Source: Eledone cirrhosa (Eukaryota). From it: 64,000 bases of DNA. The position numbers and the translations under genes were made by a program. The stretch is taken from assembly GCA_964016885.1 (NCBI GenBank), contig OZ024752.1, positions 22,754,001 through 22,818,000 of the forward strand, given 5' to 3'. This document shows, in pieces, positions 54,247 to 64,000 of the stretch. The notes below the pieces were generated by a model, which saw only the letters and a list, made by a program, of their open reading frames with translations, had not been told where the DNA came from and ran no database searches. Position 1 is the stretch's first letter. The number at the start of each line of letters is the position of its first letter.

Positions 54247-55377
54247 GTGTGTGTGTGTGTGTTTCTCATAGCTATATATAGCTTACTTAACATTTTCTTC
54301 TGACTCATAGGAATAGTTTGATTTTGGTTGTGGTGTATGGTAATATTAATACGTTTTTCTTTGCGTCATGTAATCCTAAATGCACTGTTCAAGGGTACTA
54401 CTGAAATATTATCTTCTGGTCAAACACTTGATTTCTTACAAACACATATGTATTTAATGTGTGTGTTTGTGTGTCATATGTATTGAGTCCTCCTTCAATT
54501 AATGTTTGAACATTCTATGCTTTTGAGTAAAAAAAGATGGAGTAATGTTGAAGTGTAGACAAAGAGGACACATAGATGGCATTTATTTATCTATGGTATA
54601 TGCCTATGAAGGTGTGTGGCTGAGTGGTTAGAGAATTGGATTCATGATCTTGAGGTTGTGCGTTTGATTCCTGGACCGGGTGATGCGTTGTCTTTGAGCA
54701 AGACACTTTATTTCATGTTGCTCCTTCTACCTGGATTTACGACCGATAGATAGTATTAGTAATTGGAAAGACCATTGGAAACATTGTTTCCTTGATCCGA
54801 TTTGACGAAAGTCGATCGATATGCCTATGCTGGCATAAAAGTCAATGTTTGGAGCTTGAAAATATCTCTCCAAAACCAAGGGTCGACTTGTCTGCTGAAT
54901 ATAAAATGTGAACCTTTTTCACTGTTTATCCCTCAGTGTTAAAGGTTCACATTGTGAAACTGCCTGCCTAACACTTGTTATATACCACTTACCATAACTC
55001 TAGCAGCCCACCACAATTATTTCTTACTGAATCTCATATTTGTTAAGTCTATTTATAGATTATAAATAGACTTAACAAATAGATTATAATAATATGACTT
55101 GCCGTAACTTATAGGGTAAGTTACCATAGGTATGTTACGGTTAGGCTAGGCTGGTTTACTCACTTGTGACAAGTGTTTTAGAAGTGTTTTAGCCTTTAGC
55201 GCGCCACTATATTTTTTGAATTATTTCCCCTGCAACTACCTTATTTTGGAGGGGGGGGGGGGCGTCTTATCTGGCGAATATAGGCATAAACTTGAATTAC
55301 ACCTTAGAATTTTATACAGTATTTATTAATTCATTTATTTAATTGTCAACTAACTGATTGATGGATTAATTACCTAA

Positions 55378-55879
55378 TCTCCTTATAATATATAACCAGC
55401 AATTTCTCTGTTTGTCTGTTTGTCCGACAGTGGAAACACGTGTGCGCGTGCGAATGTTTTTTGCACACGTATAGAGAGAGAGTGAGAGTGAAAGAAAGAG
55501 ACAGACTACGAGAGGGGGATAGCGGGAGAGGGAGAGTGAATAGACGCTAAAACACGTGCGCGCGTGCGAATGTTTTTTGCGCATGCGTAGAGAGAGAGTG
55601 AAAGAAAGAGACAGACTACAAGAGGGGGATAGCGGGAGGGAGAGAGGGGGGAATTGAGGAGTGCTACAGAAACATATATACATTTCTGTGTGTGTGTAAT
55701 ATATATATATATACACACACAGAAATATATATATATACACACAGAAATATATATACATTTCTGTGTGTGTAATATATATATATATACACACAGAAATATA
55801 TATACATTTCTGTGTGTGTAATATATATAAATATATATATATACACACACAGAAATATATATACATTTCTGTGCGTGTA

Positions 55880-55910
<31 letters not shown>

Positions 55911-56069
55911 GAAATATATATACATTTCTGTGTGTGTAATATATATATATATATATATATATATTACACACACAGAAATGTATATATATTTCTGTGTGTA
56001 TATATATATTACACACACAGAAACTAGATTTGCTAGCAGAAAACTGCCCACCGGGTGGTTTTCTGCTAG
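55378..56069 (+). mobile_element. Non-autonomous Helitron containing a palindromic minisatellite
   Basis: 5' A|TCTCCTTATAATATATAACCAGC; 3' palindrome CTAGCAGAAAACTGCCC-ACC-GGGTGGTTTTCTGCTAG|T. Confidence 0.68.
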
Positions 56070-56264
56070 TCTATATTACTAAAACAGAGAATGTCTGTTT
56101 GTCACATTTCAACACAACCTCATCTCAGTTTGACAATCCCCACAGACAGACGAATGCAAGAAAGTTCTCCAACCCATGTTAACCAGGAATCTCTAAAATT
56201 ATTCCCATCGAAGTTAACAAAGAACTTACTGGATCTACCAATTAAACAATTATAATATTATATT

Positions 56265-56452
56265 GTGGATTGGCAGTATCGGTAGAGGGTCGGATGCTAT
56301 GCTTTGACGCACAGAGTTACGGTCCTTGCCATTCTGAGTTCGAATCCCGCCGAGGTTAACTTTGCCTTTCATCCTTACGGGGTCGATAAAATAAAGTACC
56401 AGTAATGCACTGGGTAATTGCTGGCCTTGTGCCAAAAAGGAGAAACAATTAT
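56265..56452 (+). mobile_element. tRNA-derived SINE family 1
   Basis: Matches 49514-49707. Confidence 0.8.
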
Positions 56453-56551
56453 AACATTAAATCATAAAAAAAATTTTTTAACACTACAAGTAAAGTCATT
56501 CTTTTCCTTTTTTTCAAATATACCTAACTGTACCAAGGATCTCACACATTT

Positions 56552-56582
<31 letters not shown>

Positions 56583-56989
56583 CTAGCAGTAAAGCCTGGA
56601 GTTGCTCGGGGCAGCTCAGTAGCTGTGTTAAAGTTACAATGTTAAGTTCCTTTCTTGGCTTAAAAACTGTAGAGTCTACAGTGTAGACTTTCATGTGGTA
56701 CTTTTGATTAATATTCCCTCAACCAACAGTATGCCTTATGAAGTTAAGAAAACATAACCATAACCCGAATGTTAAAACAAAAGAGGATGCTGGGGATAAA
56801 AACTGCACTGGTAATCTATTAACAAAAATTGAAAATGTAAACACTGCAACACTTGTCTCAGAGAAAATCATCAGCGTAACCAAACTATCGGTTATTTTGA
56901 AACAAAGAAATTGGATGGACAAGCGTTATCTGTCTGTCGTTTAAAATCATTGCTTCTAAATGAAAATCTCTTATTATATATGTATATGA
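56583..56989 (-). mobile_element. Non-autonomous Helitron
   Basis: 3' end like that at 15664 (CCCGAGCAACTCCAGG...CTAG|T); putative 5' TCATATACATATATAATAAGAG. Confidence 0.5.
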
Positions 56990-57225
56990 GTTCAAATCCC
57001 GCCGAGGTTAACTTTACCTTTCATCCTCACGGGGTCGATAAAATAAAGTACCAGTAATGCACTGGGTAATTGCTGGCCTTGTGCCTAAAGTAGAAACAAT
57101 TATTTGATGGTTTATAATGGGTTTTACAGTCACACACATAAACTATATTTATACACATATTTCCCAACTTGTAATTACCTATCCAGGAGAGTTTGTTCAA
57201 CATTAGTTAGTTTGACAGTTTAGAC

Positions 57226-58119
57226 CAGGGGTTTCCAACATTTTTTGTGTTATCGCCCACTTTCACTTGAAAAATTTTTCCAACACCCATCATCATCATC
57301 ATCATCACCGTTTAACGTCCGTGTTCCACGCTTGCATGGGTTTGGACGGGGGTAGTCCCACTTGAGGCAAGAGTGATTGTCTTGCTCGCATAGGACTGTC
57401 TGGCAGGTTTTCTACAGTTGGATGCCCTTCCTAACACCAACCACATTTACAGTGTGGGTCTGGGAGGTTTTTACCGTGTTGCCTACACGGCCACATTACA
57501 GCGTGGACTGTGTGTTTTTTTGTCGTGACACCTACACGATCTCATTTGTTTCGGCCTGGATGGTGTGGCACCAACACAACTTTACATAGAACGGGGTGGC
57601 GTGGATGGGTTGGGGGTGGTGGGACGGGGGGGGGGGTATTTTGTTAGATGCCTACTGGCTGTAGTAGGTTTTACTATGTATTTAGGTAAGGCGGGTCTTC
57701 TCTGTTACTGAGTACCACCAAAGGTCTCGGTCCAGTGACATTGTCTTGGAGAGGTGTAAGTGTGTGAGGTCGGAGTTTATCAGCTCGTCCCAGGTTTTTC
57801 TAGGTCTGCCTATTCCGTGGCTACCGTCTAACTTTATTGCCCTGCACCATATGTATAGTAAATATTGAAAAGCATACCAAAAATGTTTGGTAAAAGTTTG
57901 TTACTGGTTCGTTATTCCCATTTAGCCTCCTGTTTTTTTTAAATACAAGTTCTTTGCATATTTGTTTTGAATATTTTTTGTTGGGGTAGCATATGTTGAA
58001 ATACCTTCTGAATACTCAAAATCTTATATTGTCCACCAAAATTTCCAATTACCTACCATTTTCTGTTCAGTTGCTACTCGCCCACCGGTGGGCAATATAA
58101 CCCAGGTTGGGAAACCCTG
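57226..58119. mobile_element. hAT (Charlie-like) MITE with nested RTE fragment
   Basis: TIRs CAGGGGTTTCCAAC / GTTGGGAAACCCTG; 8-bp TSD GTTTAGAC/GTTCAGAC. Confidence 0.75.
57289..57847 (-). mobile_element. RTE LINE family A 3' fragment
   Basis: Near-identical to 8103-8660. Confidence 0.9.
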
Positions 58120-58530
58120 GTTCAGACTAATGCTTTAGCTTAACTCTTAACGTCCTGAACCATATAAAACTGCATTAGAGAGACAGTTTTGAAAAGTATA
58201 AAGTAGCACTATGACAGCCTCATATTAACAATTTAAATCTATACTCTGATACTACACATTTTCTCAACAATCTGTCCACTTGTAAAGATACTATAAACAT
58301 TTGAAAGAACAGGCTTCTTTTTAGATATTTACTGCTAAATGAATATAGGATATTAAGAGTTAAAACAGAGGTTCTCAAAGTGGATGCTACCGCCCTCTGG
58401 GAGGTATTTAGAAGGGGTTGGTGTGTGTGTAGGGGTCGATAGAGATGATATAATAGTATATTAAAATTAAACGATACATATTATATATAAATACAGTAAA
58501 ATAAAAAATATATTTAATATTTATTTATAT

Positions 58531-58797
58531 ACAAATGAGATCGTGTAGGTCTCACGACAAAAAAACACACAGTCCACGCTGTAATGTGGCCGTGTAGGCA
58601 ACACGGTAAAAACCTCCCAGACCCACACTGTAAATGTGGTTGGTGTTAGGAAGGGCATCCAACTGTAGAAAACCTGCCAGACAGTCCTATGCGAGCAAGA
58701 CAATCACTCTTGCCTCAAGTGGGAAAACCCCCGTCCAAACCCATGCAAGCGTGGAACACGGACGTTAAACGTTGATGATGATGATGATGATGATGAT
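58531..58797 (+). mobile_element. RTE LINE family A 3' UTR fragment
   Basis: Reverse complement of 8103-8365; (GAT)n tail. Confidence 0.88.
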
Positions 58798-58846
58798 ATA
58801 GTATATATTATATTCATTATATATAAATTAATGGTTTTATTTATTA

Positions 58847-59019
58847 TTAGACAACCTGTGACCCGTTGGGTCATGTTCACTTAAAAAAATGATTTTTAAA
58901 TAATTAACATACACAGACATGTATACAATGTAAAATGAAATTGGAAGGCCCATATATATATGTGTTGTGTGTTGCAGGTATCTGTGACGTATATACACTG
59001 GTCACAGATAGACACACAC

Positions 59020-59052
<33 letters not shown>

Positions 59053-59471
59053 CATGCACACACACACACAGACACACACATATACACACTTAGAAACCCT
59101 TTCTATTTATCAGGATACAGTAATGCTGTATTTGTTTCTTTGAAGTCACTGGTTGTAATTTAATTCAACAACACCACCAGCTCTTTCTCTCTCTCTTCCA
59201 TTTTCCTTCTCTGTCTTCTCTCTCCCTCTCTATGTTTCTCTCTCAATCTACTCTCTCACAACCACCATCTCTTTCTCTCTATTTATGAAGAAAACCCCAT
59301 ATCTCGGGAACCCATACTCCGATTTATGCGAAACTTGTTTTATTCCATTTGTATTCCCATTTCAGGGGCAACCTCCTTTCAAAGTATTTTCCCATTATGC
59401 GCCTTTTTGGCTGTATTACATTACAGACAAGCAAGCAAGCACGCAATCACAGAGTTTTAGTAGTATATAGA
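58847..59471 (-). mobile_element. Non-autonomous Helitron
   Basis: Minus strand 5' A|TCTATATACTACTAAAACTCTG; 3' hairpin TGACCC-aac-GGGTCA then CTAA|T. Confidence 0.6.
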
Positions 59472-59851
59472 TATATTATTTACAATTTGTGTGTTGGCAG
59501 GTCTCTCTGGAAATAAGGTTGGGGGGAGGGGGCGCTGAGGGTATTACATGACCGTGAAGGGGTTGGTGGTCCAAAACGTTTGAGAACCTCTGAGTTAAAA
59601 TGTTAGCTTTTTCTTCATTCTTCACAGCAAACAACTAATCTTATTGACACTGAACAAACTGCCATGGACTTACAATTACTGCTGTTGATCACTTAAGCTT
59701 ACAGTAGCCTCTTCAGATTCTAGATTTTACTCTTGTTGACTATCTTGTTATAATTATGGCACTAATATAAACATTGCCAAATACTTTGTGGGTCATGTAT
59801 GTTCTACTGTCTTACTTATACTTTTCTTTATGTATTATTCATTTAATTTTC

Positions 59852-59910
<59 letters not shown>

Positions 59911-60200
59911 AGACTGGCTTAAAATTATATGCTGTCAAGAAGAATATTCTACTTTCTTTTATGCTTCAGCCTTACCAGACTTCATTTTTAGGACGGGGAA
60001 GGTGAAGAACACAGATGTTAACACACACACACACACATATAATTGCAGAAGATATGTTGCTTATAAGTAGTTGTTACGTCGTAACTTCTTGAGGGGAAGC
60101 TGGTCGGAGTGGTCCAAAAGCACTTCACGTCAGTAGTTTATCCCAGCTACATAGTATTCATTTATCAAGTAAGAGTAGTTAAGAGAGGATTCTTTCACCA

Positions 60201-60432
60201 TAATTGTTTATTGCATATGTATTTCTGTTACATGGTTATTCATGTGACTTCATGAGATTGTTACGCATTCATAGATGCAGTTATACAATCATTGGGATAT
60301 GTTGTTGGTCGTGTATAACTATGCTGTAGTGATCCCAATGATTGCATAACTGCATTTATGATTGCATAAGAATCTGATGAAGTCACATGAATAACCATGT
60401 AACAGAAATACATATCATGCAATAAAGAATTA
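60201..60432. repeat. ~98-bp-arm inverted repeat with hammerhead-like cores
   Basis: Arms 60201-60298 / 60332-60432; plus strand CTGATGA (60374), stem, GAAA (60405). Confidence 0.8.
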
Positions 60433-60443
60433 TATATATATAT

Positions 60444-60589
60444 ATTTATTAAAATAACAGATTAAAGTTTAAGCAAAGAATCACTGCTTTCACCCTTAAT
60501 GGGATCTTCTGAAACTGTTTCAGAAGACCCCCGTTAAGGCTGAAAGCAGCAATTCTTTGCTTAAACTTTAATCTGTTATTTTAATAAAT
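60444..60589. repeat. ~72-bp-arm near-perfect palindrome
   Basis: Centre at ~60516 (GAAAC-t-GTTTC); arms match almost base for base. Confidence 0.9.
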
Positions 60590-60880
60590 TTTTGCTCTAC
60601 GGTTCTTATATATTTGATATATATTTATCCTTATCGAGCCCTCTTTGGATTTTAGTCTTCACATTTATTATTATTACTATATATATATATATATATATGT
60701 AAGTATGTATACGTACATACATATATGTATACATACATACATATATGTATACAGACGTACAGTAGTATGTATATATATATACATACATGCACACATATAT
60801 ATGTACGTATCGGTTTACCGAACATTTATTATAATGTTCGCTTTGTTTGTACCCCATACATACTTATTATTATTCTACTT

Positions 60881-61063
60881 TGGCAGTATCGGTAGAGGGT
60901 TGGACGCCATGCTTTGACACATAGAGTTACGGCCCTTGCCATTCTGAGTTCAAATCCCGCTGAGGTTAACTTTTCCTTTCATCCTTACGGGGTCGATAAA
61001 ATTAAAGTACCAGTAATACACTGGGGCAATTGCTGGCCATGTGCTACGAGTAGAAACAGTTAT
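60881..61063 (+). mobile_element. tRNA-derived SINE family 1
   Basis: Matches 49514-49707. Confidence 0.8.
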
Positions 61064-61160
61064 TACACTCTACTTAGTACAACTCCAAAATACATTCTGG
61101 ACACTATGCATCGGGTGCTCACTTTGGTGAACCAACAGTAACCTGGTGTTACAATCCCTA

Positions 61161-61231
<71 letters not shown>

Positions 61232-63004
61232 AAACTCCATTTTCCATCCTAGCAAGGGTAGGACAGGTTGTCACAGATCAAGTTAGTGCTTTTTTGTCAT
61301 GGTTTCTACATCTGGATGCCTTTCCTATCACCAATCACCTTACAGGATATACTAAGTGCATTTTCATGGCACCAGTAGTAGAGAGGTTGTCAGTCATTGA
61401 TTCTACTGAAAAGTGTACTCATCCCATCTCTTTCTAGCCCTCCCAGATCTGCTCCAGTCAAGGCCCATGTCTTACTGCCATGCAGCATTGCTGCTTGTAC
61501 ACAGGCATCATAAGCCTACTCTTTACTGAGAGAGAAGCTCCACATTGTCAGCAAATGTGTTAATATTCTAAATCTCTCCCAGGTTCCCTTTCTCACTCCT
61601 GCTACTAAACTTCTGGACCCCCCCCCCCCCCTCCCCCATTGTTGTCTAGGTCACTCAGGCAACAAAATGGTTGGCAATTCAATAGAGACAATGTTGTGTA
61701 GAGAGGACTCTGTAGTCATGCTGAGCACTTGGCAACTAATCTACTGCTTCTATCATGACAAACGTGCACCCAGTGTACTCTGTAAAGTGGTTGGTGTTAG
61801 GAATGGCAGCCAGGCCTCACAGCTATACAAAATGGAATGTATAGACATGGTCCTACAACCCATATAGAAGGCCATTCATTTTGAATAAGAACTAACTTAA
61901 AATGTTTTGCTTTTTTTGCTCACCCCAACCAAGGCAATACAGCCACTAATGCAAGGGGTTACTGAGAAAGGAAAAGAGCAAGACAGAAAGAAGTTAAATC
62001 AAAGAGGTAGAAGATGATGAGGGATGTTGCTTTTGAATTTTTACAATTTTGGCAAATTGAAATGGTAAAAGCCCATCGAACCCATATTAGCATGGAAACA
62101 AGACATAAAATGATGGTGGTGATACAACAAAAGTGTTTTAAGGCCATTTTATCCTTGTAGGTCCCATGGCATGCTTCTCCATTTTGTTCTATCCTCTACA
62201 TGTACATTGCATATGGCCAACCTCCTGTTCTTTCCACCTCATGTTTTACCACTTGCCATCAATTTATTTTCTTTTGTCTCAATACATTCTTTCCACCTTT
62301 TCAGCTTCTCCCTTAGTCCATCCCCTCAGCCACTTGTCAATATGGCACCCCTACAACTCCATGCATACATACTCTCTCTCTGCTTTCAACACCTGGTCAT
62401 CTGTGTACTACAACTGTCATGATAAACCTTCCTTTAAATGATGATGCACACACACACACATTGTGGCAGTAAATTAGCAGGTATTATAGTGTCAGATAAA
62501 AGCATTGTTCTACTTATTTGATCTCTCTGTGCTCCAGCCAAGATCCAACTTCATCTTTTACCTTTCAGTACCAGTAAATTAAGAACCAGTTAGTACTGGG
62601 CTCAAAGTAGTGGCTTCTTCTTCTCTTCTCTCTCCAAAAAACCCTAAGCTGTAGTCAAACCTGAAGAGAGAGGGCTCTCTTTAAGTTTAAGTATGTATAT
62701 ATATGTATGTATATGATGTGAAAGTAAAATTATCTTCTTATCTAAAAAAAATGAAAAAAAATAATAATAGTAAACTGTATATTGGCTTATATTAATCTAG
62801 ATGTCATGATTATTTATAGAGGAAATTGTATGTTTTTGTGGTAAATAGCTGAAACAAGTGTTATTGTGTTTCATTTCAACTTGTCATGTACAAACTAATT
62901 TCACTTGCTACCACTGATCCCACTCTCTCTCTCTCTCCCTCTCTCTCTCTCTCAATTTCCCATCAGGGCTAGTTTTTCTTATTTATTTATTTCTTAATTG
63001 TTTT

Positions 63005-63048
<44 letters not shown>

Positions 63049-64000
63049 CCACCATACCATCACCCCACTCTCAAGAGCGTGAAACTAATAAACCTTTGTT
63101 AGTACTTCCCGTTCAATTTTTTACTATATATATATATATATATATTTAGATATACACATATCTAAATTCTATTCAGAATCAGGCAAAATATGCAACTGTA
63201 CATATTCAGCTCTTTCATATAAATCAAAAAACAAACATATTCACACCATAAAACACAAGCAATGGAATGTAAATAAGAAATTAGTACTATTTCACTAACA
63301 TAACTATTGGAAGAAAATTTGAAAAATGTCAAGTCTTGGTTTCTGCCAGTGTAAATATGCAATTTCTTTTTTATATATAGTCTCTATGATGTTCTGTTGT
63401 TGTTTTAATGTATTATTATTGTTATAGATTTACCATATGTACAGAAAGAAATTTACTTTACTTTATTCTTTGATTCTTTTACTGGTTTTAGTGAATTATT
63501 ACCACATTATAGGAATTTTAGTCAGTTATATCAACTCCAGTATTTAGTACTTATTTGGAACATAAACACAGTAACAAGTGACTATAAGGGTTGGGGTCAG
63601 GAAGGGCATCTGGCTGTAAAACATTACTGTAAACATTTCTGTCCAGCCCATGCCATGAGAACAACAATGAAGATGATGATTATAATGATGATGGTGATGG
63701 TCATGATGATGATATGTGGTGTTGGACCTCTGTCGGTCCTGACCGCACATATGCTCTAGTTTGAACAACAGAAGAACCTACTTGATGTGACTGAGCATTC
63801 CACAGACATGGACACCCTTAAAGGAGTTCTTAGGGAGATTTGATATGACAATGGTATGTGAAAAAGCTGGCCCTTTAAACAACAGGTACAATTAAATTTT
63901 ACCAGCTCTCAGCAGTTGATGATTGGAAGGGTTCCAGTTATAGTAAAAAGGTTTAAGACAACCCTTCAGTCACAACATGACAACCTCTCTAGTGCAGTGC

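Larger units (their letters stand above)
58366..59592. mobile_element. hAT (Charlie-like) MITE with nested RTE tail and Helitron
   Basis: Perfect TIRs CAGAGGTTCTCAAA / TTTGAGAACCTCTG and perfect 8-bp TSD AGTTAAAA. Confidence 0.85.

Noticed and set aside
55665-56022. CRISPR-like array of palindromic repeats
   Set aside because: Spacers are only (AT)n rather than unique sequence; no cas genes; eukaryotic context.
59501-59551. Possible next ATP7 exon (ggcag|GTCTCTCTGGAA = VSLE)
   Set aside because: Continues IRLGGGGAEGIT-stop with no HMA similarity and lies inside a hAT MITE.

Overview
Eukaryotic, AT-rich, transposon-saturated genomic DNA with no prokaryotic features. The repeat inventory (kb-long TA arrays, RTE LINEs with (GAT)n tails, tRNA-derived SINEs, Helitrons, Tc1/mariner) suggests an octopus-like coleoid cephalopod; this is an inference. 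The only host-gene sequence found is a + strand first coding exon (20576-20703) encoding the start of a heavy-metal-associated domain (GMHCHSC) of a copper P-type ATPase (ATP7A/B-like). No later exon was found, so most of the window is probably intron. Larger mobile elements: a decayed near-full Helitron RepHel (~930-5500), two DD37D maT elements, a mariner derivative with ~100-bp TIRs, a near-full RTE LINE plus truncated RTE copies, a CR1 remnant and a Penelope-like element. Smaller ones: non-autonomous Helitrons, hAT and TTAA MITEs, and SINEs. Most interesting signals: (i) several short, often fold-back elements carrying hammerhead-ribozyme cores, including a complete-looking U3:A8 variant; (ii) a C4HC3 PHD-like finger directly after the RT core in all three RTE families that retain this region; (iii) Helitron ends built as CTAG...CTAG palindromes fused to new 5' ends in both directions. 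All coordinates and similarities were read by eye.
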